Origin: Guillardia theta CCMP2712
Lineage: Eukaryota; Protista; Cryptophyta
Assembly: GCF_000315625.1 (NCBI RefSeq)
Contig: NW_005434655.1
Span: forward strand, 314,093 to 378,092
DNA: 64,000 nt
Direction of reading: 5' to 3'
This document shows, piece by piece, positions 12,752-24,618 of this stretch. Made by a program: the position numbers and the translations under genes. Position 1 is the stretch's first letter; each line of letters opens with the position of its first letter. Under the pieces are notes generated by a model, which saw nothing but the letters and a program-made list of their open reading frames with translations, was not told the DNA's origin and did not search any database.

Positions 12752-14286
12752 GCTCAAGGGAGACGCGGGGGAGGTGACGAGATCAAGTCATGATGCAGAC
12801 AGGCGGAGGGAGGGGAGGAGGTTGATTCGAGGGCTGCACGCCAGCCCCGAGCTACCACGAGCGAAGTTGCAACTTGACTCAGACGTGTGATGGTTGACGA
12901 GAGAAGTCCGAGAGTAAGACTGGCATGAGGAAAGAGTGTGGAGTATCTGCAAAGAAACAACAAGTTCAGCACAACAGCATTGAACCCAATCAAGTTCTCC
13001 CGATACAGGACATCAACGATAGCGCATGAGGAGAAACAGGCGGAGGGGGAACAATGGCTTCAAGGGCAGGATGAGCCGTAAGGAATCATATTGATGCCGG
13101 CAGTCGCGACATCCAAATGGACAGAAGACGGTCGGCGGGGTAGGAAGTTGGGGGTAGGAACATCAGTCATCTAGGTAAGCAACGAGAGGAGGACTGGGAG
13201 GATGAGGACGTTGAGGTCAAGAAGAACGAGAACGAGAACGAGAACGAAGAACGAGGAGGTCGTAATACAGGAAGAGAATAAGGAGGAGGAGGAGAACAAG
13301 CACCAGAAGGAGGAGGAGGAGGAAGGGGGGGCAGAGGATCGATCTGGCGCCCTCCACGCCATCCTTTTATCCCGACGGAATGTAAAACAGTATTTTAAAG
13401 TTAAAATATTTACCACCTTTAGGTACATAAACGCTTCCTAAAACCCTTAAATATACGAGTTTTAAGTATGGTTTTTACCGAATCGATATGAAATAGAAAG
13501 TATTGATATTTATTACTATTATATATGCCGTTAGGATGGGGGCTGCTCCTGGTACTACCAAGGAATTTGGTACAAATGGTGTGTATATCCTTGTCATGAG
13601 ATAATATATAGATATAAAGTACCCCCACCCCCATTGAGATAACCTAACCCACAATCCTAACGAAATGTACCCACCGATGCTATAGATTATACCTGAAAGA
13701 GCTACCCCCCACCCTCTCTTCCCCCCCATGGGCATGAAATGCACAACCACGCACAGGTAGAGGGTGTAGTGGGGGGAGTTGGCGCAGAAGAAGAGCATGG
13801 AGCAAGAGGCTCAGGATAAGAAGCAGATCAGCACAGCAACATGAGCCGGAATGACAACGAGAGCAGTTGATGAGGCATTCGAACGATGCTCGGCAGACCA
13901 TATTCTTTTTCAAAGGGGGGGAGGGGGCGGAAGGGGAGGGGGGGATCCCTATGGCGGGGCGAATCAACGAGTGAGATCGAGGGATTCACAAGGCATGCCA
14001 GTCAAGAATGCTTGCTCAGGCAGATCAAATCAAAGACATGGTAATGATCAGATGACGGTAGACGATGCGTCGTAGGGACATCATCATGGCAATGTAATAC
14101 CTTACTATGACGATTTCGTAATAGAAGTGTGAGGAGGGAGCAGGTTTCATAACTAGGGGGGTCGACAGCCTTTTTATCCTCGACAAACATGGCATTGATC
14201 TGCATGACGCTCGCAGGCGTCTGGGTGTGATGAGCGACTTGATGTTGTGTTCACGTAGTAAGATAAGGTTTTATACATCCGATGTA

Positions 14287-16129
14287 TCAACACTTGGCTA
14301 GACTCATCTCCTCCAGCCTGAGTTCGAATTCTTGCAGAATTTCCTGAGTCCCAAGGGCTCAACACAGACAGGGGCAGGGAGGGCTTACCTCTGCCGCAAG
14401 TTCCCCACTTGTGATGTCATGGTCTACCAACTGTTTGAACTGCAGCGGGAGGAGAGGTCAGTAGGTACAGAGGGAGGGTAACAACAGGCAAACAGATTCA
14501 AGGCAGGACTTCCTCAGCTCGTTGCATCTTTGAGACAGCCCCTGGACAGTTTCTCTCATCAGCGTTGAGATACAGGATAGAGGAGGAAGAGGAGACAGCA
14601 GGTGGAGGTGGAGTAGACATAGGAAGGGAGGAGGCGAAGACAAAGGAGAGGAGGAGGAGGAGGAGGACCTTTGCCGTGTCTTTGGGGCAGGACTTTGCGG
14701 TTCGAGACATGAAGGATCCAACAGCCTGGACTTAGTTCAATTCAAACTCACAGAGCGGACGGAAGGCAGGCCGTCAAGATTGGGAACCTTTCTCAGCTCC
14801 AGATCAAGCCTGTGCGTTTGATTTTCTCTCGTCCTCTTCCTGTCCTAGGAGACACCCGTCTGTCAAGGGAGCACCCAAATTGCTTCCCTCACCTCCTCTG
14901 CCTGCAGCTCAGCGTCGGGATTCACTTCCTCCGCCGTGTGCGGGTGTTTGAAAGCTTCTATGATCAGATCCCACGGGATAGTGAAACTCGCGTCTGGGGG
15001 CAGTCAAGGGGGATGGGGCAGCTGCTGCTCTAGTCTCACCTGTACAAACTTTCGCCGCATGCTTCTCCCAGGAAGACTTGCTGCTCGGTGTGTATCCTGG
15101 CTCTTCGAACCTGCAGCGTCAGGTCAGCGCTATCGAGCCGTCATGACATCTCAGTGCGAACTTGTCGAACATCCTTTCGACGACAGCCGGAGGGACGCGA
15201 TCCTGAACTTCTCTGCATCGTCACGAGTCAGAGACGCAGCCTCCTTCACTGTCGCTGTAGGCACCTTGCCGCGTTACGTCGGAGCGCCAGGTCGACGTCG
15301 CAGGATACCCAGAGGGTGCAGGTGCTGGCATGATGCTTGCGGGCGATCTTGCAGAAGTAGTATCTGGTCCTCTCGCTCACCGACCTCGACACGTGAAGGA
15401 GCATTGCATGTTGTTTACCGCATGCTCCTCAGGTAGAGGTTGTCGTCCACGAGGATGAGAACCTCGGGGTTGTCGCGCAGCCTCTCCTCCACCCGCTGAA
15501 AAGCAAGGTGCTGTCGGTGCAGCTTCAATGATGGAGCAAGGGAGCAGGGAGCATACTCTAGCTGACTTCCAGGCCTCCCTCTCCTCCTCGTTCCACTCCG
15601 GCACGTCCTCCTGAGACTGCCCCCGCTGGTTTGCCGAGACTTGCCGATGCAGCTGGTCGAAGTTCACCACGAGAGTCTCCGGGAAGTACCCGAGCTGCAA
15701 GGCACGTTCACAACTCATCAAGTTCTGCATCGCCGCGTACATGCTCTACGAACTGCTCCTCCAAGCTGCATGCTGCAGATGAGATCATTTCAACACACAT
15801 CTTACATCATCACACGCAAGAGTTGACCCCCACATCCCTTCCTTCCCTACTGCCTCGTTTCATCCACTCACGGAATCCCCCCTCCCGTCCCTCTTCATGT
15901 CTTCCTCTCCCTTCCCAACTTTGCTCCCCTGTCCCCCCCCTCGTCGCTTTGCTCCTCTCTACCCACATATCCTATCTCATCTCCTCTCGCTCCCCTCTCC
16001 TCATCTCTCCCCCATGCTCTCCTCTCTCTCACCTCTCCTCTTCATCTCCTCCTCCATCGCCTTCACCATCGTCGTCTTCCCCGTCCCAGGAGCTCCGCAT
16101 ACCATCACGATGCATCCCCTAGATCCCAT
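14287..16129 (-). CDS. PSTK: O-phosphoseryl-tRNA(Sec) kinase (multi-exon)
   Basis: Walker A MVCGAPGTGKTT, then LVDDNLYLRSMRYYFCKIARK, CDVDLALRRNAAR, KFEEP..WEK and C-terminal DRKRTRENQTHRLDLELRK. These match PSTK rather than KTI12. Confidence 0.85.
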
Positions 16130-16506
16130 TACATTTCCCGCAGGTGCTGGTATCCCGTAACTAAATCAAGGTAGTGAATTATTCGAGTGAGCTACTAAGT
16201 AAAATGTGTCATCCTCATACCTTCCACATCCTTCACTTGTCGGGCAAGCCCCGATTAATCTATGCGAGGTATGACGCAGAACAGGAGGAGAGAGGATGGG
16301 GAAGGAGGAGGAGGAGGAGGAGGAGGAGGAGGAGGAGATATAAGGGGAGAGAGGGAGGGAGGGGATGGAACTGGAAGAGAGGGGAGGGCAGAACGGCTGG
16401 GAGGAGGGAGACAAGGGAGACAAGGAGGGATTGAACATTGCCCGCTATCGTCCGCTGATGACCTGCAGGGTCTTGCTGAGCTCCTGGAGCTGCTCGGAGA
16501 TGCTGA

Positions 16507-16887
16507 TGAGCGAGATGAGGCCTGGTTCGAGCATGCTCCTGCTCCTGCTCCTGCTTGTGTCCAGCTGCCATGGTCAACCGGGCGTGAAGCTCGCGTTCAC
16601 GAGCCCCCAGGATGGATCTAGGTGCTCGTAGGGGGGCGTGCTGGCAGGGCTGACGAGGAGGAGCAGGGTGTGGATCGATGAGGAGCACCCGCTCAAGATC
16701 TCCATCGACGTGTCAGGCGCTAAGTTCCCCCAAGGAAAGACCCTTGAGACGATCGCGACATCTGGAATGACTTGCTGAGCGCAGATGGCTCAATCGCACT
16801 CTTCGTGAACGGACATGTAGGAAGGGCTGGAGAGGATGATGATGGTGGTGGTGGTGGTGGTGGTGATGATGATGGTGATGATGATGG

Positions 16888-16918
<31 letters not shown>

Positions 16919-19900
16919 GGAGATGATGATGGTGATGATGATGATGATGGAGATGATGATGGAGATGATGCAGGATACCGGGCAACGGCTGTCGAAGCCT
17001 CCATTCGAGGTCGCCATGACGGAGCTGGACGACAGGAACTACCGGATCGACGCTAGGTTCTTCGACAAGTGACCAGGCCTTGTCCTCTATCTCCCCCGTT
17101 GTAATCGCAAGCGCAGGAAGGACAGGCCGACTGAGCACGTGGCAAGCGTGACCTTCATGGCTCGGTAGGCAGGGGAAGAGGAGGAGCGGAGAAGAGGAGC
17201 AGAGGAGGAGCAGAGGATGGGGGAGGAAGGAGGTGCAGGAGTGGAGGATGAAACAAGGTGCAGGAGGTACTTGGAGCTGATGGAGCACGAGGAGTATCAT
17301 GTGTCTGCCGAAGGCCCTCGGTCAGAGCAAGCTGTTGTGCAGCTAGGTGCTAAGCGACCTGGAGCAGTGGAGACGGGTTCGACGGGATGGCGGGGCTGGA
17401 ATCGTAAGGGAGCAAGGGCGACAGGATTCGATAGTGATGCGATGCTTGGGTTCAGATGGGAAATGGAGGCCTCCGGAACTCGATTCTCTTCGGTAGCATC
17501 GGACATGAAGGTGGGGAGATGTACGTGCAGTCAAGGGGGGGAGGAGGAGGAGGAGGAGACAGGAGGAGGAGGAGGAGGAGGAGGGGACGGTGTACGGTGG
17601 TATGGCAAGACAGCTGAAGAATGGCAGTCGAAACTTCCAGACTGATCGCAGTCTGTCGGTAGGAGCTGAAGTTCGACGTGCTCTGGAAGGAGGACAGCGA
17701 GGACCTGCGGTTGCTCAAGTCCAGGTGGCTCCAGCTGACTTGAGCCTGACATTGACATACCGCAAACTCGCAGGTGGGCGAGTCGACTCACTTACGAGGA
17801 GATGAAGAAGGAGAGTGGAAGGGGAGAAGCTTGCGGGGAGGCTGACAAGGCTGGGCAGGGCGACGAAGTACTCTCTGCATACTCCGACTTCCATGGCCAA
17901 GTGAGGAAGGGAGGGAAGGAGCGGTTGAAGAGGAATGAGGAGGGACCGGGGAGAAGGGAGAGGAGGAGAGGGGGAGAGGAGGAGAACTTTTGGTAGTGGG
18001 GGGGGTGCGATGGAAGGGGTTTAATTGACAACTTTAGGTCATGCGAGACAAGAGCCTCTGGAAAACAAACAATTTCTTGATCTATCGCACCATGGACAGG
18101 GGACTTGGCAATCAGGTATGAGAGCTGCCTTTCAACTTCCTTCGTCCTCCTCCGCCGCCTCCCTCCTCCCTCCTCCCTCCTCCCTCCTCCCTCCTCCCTC
18201 CTCCCTCCTCCCTCTTCCCTCCTTCTTCCTCTCGTCCCTCTTCTTCCCTTTCTCTCCCGTCGTCCTTCACCGTTGTCCTTTTGTTTGTCGATTTTCCTTC
18301 CTCCCCTTTCTACTTCAGCTCGTTATTGACATGTCGCTTCTTCCTTTAGCTTGAGTCGCTGGTTTCAGGTTTCTCTCCTTACCCTCTCCTCGCCTCTTCT
18401 CCTCAGAAATTCTTCAGCCTTCGCCATGGCGCTCCTGACCAATCGCGTCTTCCTCGTCGACTCGACAACCATCCACCACTTGTTCCGTCCTCCTCCAGTA
18501 TAACCTCCTCCCTCTCACCTCCTCTCTCTTACCTCCTCCCTCTTAACGCCTCCTTCCCTCCCTCAGCCCTCCTGCCTCCTGTCTCCTGCCTCCCTCCCTC
18601 CCTCCCTCCCTCCCTCCCTCCCTCCTTCTCCACAGCTTCTTCGTCCTCACCATCCTTCAGGGTCTGCTGTGGCATTACTCCATGGTAGCCGACCAGCTCT
18701 CGCATGACGTGACCCTCTCCTCGCGCCCTCCGCTCCATGATGCTCCTCCTCCAGTACATCTACGACAACTCGAAACTGCTCGACCTGAGATGGCAGAACC
18801 CTCTCGAGTTTCCAAACTTGCTGTGCAAGGTGCTGAGGATGCGGGGGATGCGAAAGAGCTCTGAAGGCCCTGCAGGACATCAGCGAGGTTTACAAGAAAA
18901 GATTCCTCTTCGTCTTCTCGGATCAGGTCCCTTGCTCCTGCTCGTCTCTGCCCTTTCCCTTTCCTCTCCTCTCCCCTCCTCCCAGCCTCTCTTCACCCCT
19001 CTCATCTTCACTTCTTCTCTTGAGCTCTCCTCTGTTTCCCTCCTTCTTTCCTCTTTCTCCCCCTCCTCAAACTCGACGTCTCCCTTCTGAATTACCTTCC
19101 AGTACTTCCTGCCAGCGATCTTGCACAACTCGCTCTACCGTTCAACCCTGCAGTCTTGGTTTGGGGAAGGTGAAGTCCAGCCATTGAGCTGGAAAATCTT
19201 TTCATGTGAGTTTTCGGACAGATCTTTTCGGAGTGCTGTTGCGACACCTGATGAGGCCCAAGGAAATCCTAGTCAACAAGGTTCCTCTCCCTCAGTCTTC
19301 GACGCGGAGGTTTGACGTGCTCTTGTACTCTCAGGCTGTTTCTTTTTACCGGCAGAACCTCGAGGTGAATCCTCAGATCCCTTGTTCCTCCTCCTCCTCC
19401 TCCTCCACCANNNNNNNNNNNNNNNNNNNNNNNNNNNNNNNNNNNNNNNNNNNNNNNNNNNNNNNNNNNNNNNNNNNNNNNNNNNNNNNNNNNNNNNNNN
19501 NNNNNNNNNNTTCTGGTCAAGAATACCTGCTGCGTTGGATCACCATCGAGATAGTCGATGGGGTTCGCGTCAGGAAAGATATCCTCGTGAATCTGGCGGT
19601 AGAAATCTCTAGTCCCGCTCCAGCGGACGCGTTCTTGAAGAAGGTGTCCTCGAACTCCTTGAATTGAGCGTTTCTCCCGAGATGGCTGGGGAAGTCAAAG
19701 ATCTTCGGTTCCTGCGGCTGCCCGCGGTTGAGCAGGAAATCACTGTCCTCAGCGTTTGAGGCCGTGCGCTCGTTTTTCGTTCCTACTTGACGGAAACTCC
19801 TCCTCCTCCTCCTCCTCCTCCTCCTCCTCCTCCCCCCTCCTCCTCGTCCCCCTCCTCCTCCCCCTCCTCCTCCTCCTACTTTCTTGCATTATCGTCGATT

Positions 19901-21288
19901 GCTGATGGACTTCGCTTCCTTCGCATCGTCAACTCATCAGGGTCATCCTAGCGTCGGCATTCAGGTGACTTTCCCATCCTCGTCCTCTCTCTCTCATCGC
20001 CTCTCCGGCAGTTGAGGACGGCGACCATGGAGGGGCATGATCTTACGGTAAGAGGTGCTAGTGGAGGGCAGGAGGACTGACGGGAGGTGAAAGGAACTTG
20101 TTCGGGGTATGGACGCGTTCGCCTGGAAGGACTGGATCAATTCGTACGCTCCTCTCCCTCCTCCTGCAGGTCCAGCTGACCTTGAGTAAGGTTCTGGAAA
20201 TGTGCCTTCCTGTCGAGCCCGAAACGAGCTGGGACAGCGTATTTCATCGCGTCAGGTGCTACAACAAGAAAATCATCGTCATCTTCATCACCACCACCAC
20301 CACCATCTCAATCATCATCATCACTACCACCACCACCATGTCAATCATCACCTCAAATCCTCATCAACATCAACATCAGCACCACCATCTCAATCCTCTC
20401 CTCAATCATCATCAACATCATCATCACCACCACCATCTCAATCATCACCTCAATCATCATCAACATCTGGATAACAAACTCCTTGCCCTCTCCTTTCTCA
20501 CTCTCATGAACCTCCAGATAGCGTGAAGGCCAAGAGCCTTGCAGACGCAACTCTTGGCAACGTGAGGATTTTCTTCTACCTCACCATAACATGTTGCTAA
20601 CCGACTCCTGTCTTGCTCCTGTTCAGCAATCTTTCTGGTACAAGCAGGTAAGCTGGAGCTCAATCGAAACTGTCAAGCTGAAGCTCACGACCCAAAGGTG
20701 ATCACTCGCTCAACCATCTCAGGACACGCTACGGCTCTCATCGACCTCCTCATCCTCAGGTTCTACCCTCTCCTCCCTCGCGTTTCCTCCCTCTCCCTCC
20801 CCTCCTCCCTCCCTCCCTTCCTCCCCTCCCACCTTCACATCCCTTCCTCTCACTCCTCCTCCTCTTCAAGTATCTCATCGCCTTGACTCCCTACAGCATG
20901 TGTGACGATCTCGTCACCACCACCATGTCAACCTTCGGCTACGTCCCTGCTGGACTCACCAACAAACGTCTTACCCCTCCTCCTCCTCCTCCTCCTCCTC
21001 ACATGCCTGCAGCTCCTCTCGTCGTCTCCTACCAGTCCACATGTCTCCGGGAGATCACCAGCCAACCGTGCTTCCACAAGTCTCTTCCTTCCAAGGTGCT
21101 TCATGGGCTGACAGCGCACGGCAGGTGGGGATACTTGATGGAGGCAGAATGCTATGATAAGACGGTGACAAGCTCGCTGAACCTGTGATTTGACCTGGTT
21201 GACCTGCTGATAGGAGATGATATCTCCGGAAGTGCGAGTTTGCGGGCTGTACTCACCTCCCAACATCCTTCCAGACGCCGTGATGTAA
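16507..21288 (+). CDS. GT37 (xyloglucan fucosyltransferase-like) glycosyltransferase with signal peptide and N-terminal beta-rich domain
   Basis: Signal peptide [14 protein letters not shown]. Spliced motifs: RGLGNQLESLVSAFAMALLTNRVFLVD, FSDQYFLP, SVGIQLR, ALIDLLILSMCDDLVTTTMSTFGYVPAGL, CLREITSQPCFH. One intron contains an N gap. Confidence 0.8.
16835..16970. repeat. Imperfect (GAT/GGT)n intronic microsatellite
   Basis: Direct reading of the sequence. Confidence 0.9.
19511..19797 (-). mobile_element. Coding-like insert inside an intronic (TCC)n tract; possible transposon fragment or misassembly
   Basis: Unique sequence flanked by (TCC)n on both sides, with an N gap on the left. The minus strand reads ...PKIFDFPSHLGRNAQFKEFEDTFFKNA and, after a frameshift, DFYRQIHEDIFPDANPIDYLDGDPTQQVFLT. 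Confidence 0.3.
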
Positions 21289-21379
21289 GGAGGACGTTCG
21301 ACAGTTAACATTGAAAGAGTTTAATGAACACTAGACCACAACCATCTCTACATCACAAGCTTGATATTCACATGTCTAC

Positions 21380-21940
21380 TTACAAGAAGAAACAAATAAA
21401 GGAAGAAAGGAGACTAGAAGAAGGAACATCTACATCCTTGTCAACGTCTCGTGACTCAGTGCGGTACACCATGGCAAGTAGACGGAGAAGGATCCCGTAC
21501 CTGGATGATACGGTCAACGACTGTTAGCAGATACTAGCTAGACATGCACGAGCAACACAAAAGACTTTATGGTTCCATATAAGGCGCCGGCAACCGCATC
21601 TCCGACCCCCTCTTGTCCGAATCCAACGTTTATGTATGCAACCCGGAAAGAGAGGAAAGCGACATAGATGAAGCTCCTCAGGCAAGAGATTGCAATATCA
21701 ATCCACAAACATCAGTGAAATCATCACAGCCACCACCATCAACATCGCCGTCACCATCATCGCCATGGATCATTTTGAGCAGCGAATAGGCAGCATGGTT
21801 ATCAAGAAACAAGCTGCAGGTGTGCCGCACAAGCTATCGCGAGCGATGTAACGACAACTTCATAGAGATCAGGTGCCGCTATTAGAGCTCGCTTTCATTG
21901 CACGCATAGACTCGCCTTACCTACAACCGTCGCTCATACC
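21380..21940 (-). CDS. Possible small multi-exon membrane protein
   Basis: Exon-like hydrophobic blocks FIYVAFLSFRVAYINVGFGQEGVGDAVAGALYGTIK and YGILLRLLAMVYR with plausible splice sites. Confidence 0.25.
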
Positions 21941-22940
21941 CGCACAGGAAGAGAGATAGAGGATGGGGCTGGTGAGAGAGCGAGGAGGGGAACAAGAGCA
22001 TGGCCTCCTCCTCCTCCTCCTCCTCCTCCTCCTCCTCCCTCATCTCCATCTTCTCCCTCTGCTCATGGCACGTGAATCCTCTAGACCGTTTTTCCCACCG
22101 TTACAATATATCTCATCAAAATTTAACGGAAATGTAACGCCTGGTGTACGGATCATGACCGAGCACTGCGCCAGCGTCTCTACACGTTCGCGGGGTCATG
22201 CGGGGATGTCCAGCTGGGGATGATGCTGGGGAGGAACGGGACAGACGGTCCCGTCTTGAACCTTGCGACGACACCAGCACTTCTTGCTCTGCTGATCAAT
22301 CTTCGTGCTCTTTGTGCTCTCCATGCTCTCACACTGCTCCTTCACGTTCACCATCACGACCCTCCGATTGCCATGGCGGCATCCTTGCACTCCTCGGATC
22401 GGAAGGTCCTTCCTCACAGACCCCTTAGTCCTCCTCCATGACTTGTGCTACTTTGAGCTCTTTCCCGTCTCTGCCTCTCTGTCAGACCTGGTGTCTACTG
22501 TAGCTGCCAGTGCTTCTCAAAGCACCTTCTTCCAAAAGAAGAGAAGTGAACGACGGGCTCGAAGTTCTCTCAACAGATCATGATACATGTTGCTACGAGA
22601 TACTTGCAGACACCGAGACTGTTCATCGCTCATTCCCCGCAGTGTGGACCATCTACTATTCATGCTCCCCTCGCCATCGCAGCGGATTCCTCGCTAGTTG
22701 TCAAGAGCCGCATGAGAGTTGTATGAGGGCGAGCGATAGACGTGTATGTAGATCTCGAGCTGTTATGGGACAGTGGGATTTGTCAACCATCAAGGGGAGA
22801 GGTTCAGCGAGAATAGATGATAAGTATACCCAATCTACGTTACGTTCAGCAGTCGGAATCCACTGCCAGAGTTCGAAGTGAGAGAATGATAATAGAGTGA
22901 TCTTGGCGTCATGCAATTTCGTGCGAGAACAACCTCTTGC

Positions 22941-23012
22941 CTTTCTCCATTCTCCTCTTCTTGTCTTTCTCCATTCTCCTCTTCTTGTCTTTCTCCATTC
23001 TCCATTCTCCTC
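22941..23012. repeat. 24-bp tandem repeat (ctttctccattctcctcttcttgt), about 2.5-3 copies
   Basis: Direct reading of the sequence. Confidence 0.8.
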
Positions 23013-23817
23013 TTCGTCGTCGCCCATCTTCAGATGATGTGAGTTCTTGAAAATCTTCTTTCCACAATCTCTGCTCTTCTTCATCAACAGCATCGTCACC
23101 CTGTCTCTCTTCTATCTCCTCCATGTCCTCCACCTCTCCGCATGGCTCTCCTCCTCTCCCTCCCCCTCGCTCCCTCATGACCGGCCAACCGGCGGGTTAT
23201 CCTATGACCTACCCCACCCGATGTATTTTCGTAATTTTGTATTGAACCCGTGGTTCGAAGTACATAAATTACGGTGTATCACCCCTTTTCTTGTACCCCT
23301 ACCCCCTTTCGAAATTTTACTTGCAAGTCATTCAGCCCGATAGTAGAGAACCAGTCGTGGCATGGCGGGGTAGGATGGAGGAGATGGAGGAAGGGAGGAA
23401 AGCAGAGCACAGCAGAGCACAGCAGAGAGAGGAGAGGAGAGGACTAGAGTCTATGGAGAGATGGAGAAGATCGCAAGAGGAGGGGTAGAGGACAGCAGGA
23501 ATTGTGGGCAAGAGATGAGCGTTCAGGTAGAGTCGAGGTTCGACCATGGGAGCTCGCTCTGGTAAGGTGGGTGGGATAGGCTGCCTGGCGACCTGTATGG
23601 AAAGAACGCGAGGATAAGAGCATGTAGCCCAAGAGCGTGAGAAACTTGAACGCATGACGTTGCTCATAGTTGAAGAGAAGTGGAAATCATTCACAAGATG
23701 GTGAATTGATCTTGATCGCTTGCGCTGAATGGTCTTGACAGATGACAATCATCTGATACGCGCGGGTGATAATCTTGTGCACTGTTGTCCGATAAGAGGA
23801 GGAGAAGTGCGGTGCAT

Positions 23818-24588
23818 CATGAGGGCTTTTGCGTTCCTTCACTTTACATGCCTGCTTTTGCTGGTCATGAAGTGCCCCTCGACAACGAAGGCGAGACCTC
23901 TGCTGTCCACGTCGATGCGACTGACTCGCCGCATGTGAAAGGGACAAGAGAGGAATGATCCTGACAAGATGACCGTCAAGGAGCTGAAGAAAGAGCTGAG
24001 CGAACTCGGGGTCGCATGCAAGGCTTGCTCTGAGAAATCAGATTTCATCGAGAAGTGAGAAGGGCATGTCATCGCAGGGACATGTGCTGATGTGCTTCGA
24101 CATGACAGATTGAAAGAGGCTCGAAAGAGCGCGAACAACAAGTTTCCCTTCTGTGCCCCGAAGAAATCATGCAGGTTCCGTAGCTATGCTCCTAGAGCGA
24201 GGAGGCGATTCTGACGAGAGCAAAAGGGAAGGATGTGAAATCTGCTCGTTACCCTCCTCTCAGTCGGAATCCATTTGCATAGCGATCAGGTGAGGGGCTA
24301 GTGGATGAGAGAGAGGAGGATTGACGGGAGCGTCTCAGCTTTTGCGAGTGGAACCGACCGACGACTCCGAGGCTCGAGGGATCACACAAGGACAGGCAGA
24401 GGGTGAGGGGAGACCGTAGCAAAGATAGGACGACGCAAGAAAAGTACAAAAAGAAGACTGAGACACGTAATCATGTCTTTGTTGCTGTCATCGAAACAGT
24501 ATCAGCCTACAGCATGTCGCTGACGGACTCGTTAAAGGACCTCCGCAACCTTCTAGATCGAAACCTCCGAGGGATGCCGGTAAAGTAA
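23818..24588 (+). CDS. Secreted/ER protein with ARMET(MANF)-type SAP-like domain
   Basis: Signal-like MRAFAFLHFTCLLLLVMK, then DPDKMTVKELKKELSELGVACKACSEKSDFIEKL, similar to the MANF C-terminal KLRVKELKK..CKGCAEKSD motif. C-terminal exons uncertain. Confidence 0.6.
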
Positions 24589-24618
24589 AACGCGAAAGGG
24601 AGGAGCCAACAAGGCGGA

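Noticed and set aside
13790-14260. Possible small Gly-rich gene or selenoprotein next to PSTK
   Set aside because: No consistent spliced frame, SelK-like motif or SECIS could be supported.
22150-23180. Possible minus-strand gene
   Set aside because: There are some exon-like blocks, but no consistent model could be built.
24249-24290. Minus-strand ORF ending ...RLRGG* (ubiquitin-like C-terminus)
   Set aside because: There is no ubiquitin fold upstream, and it lies antisense within the + strand SAP-like gene. Likely chance.
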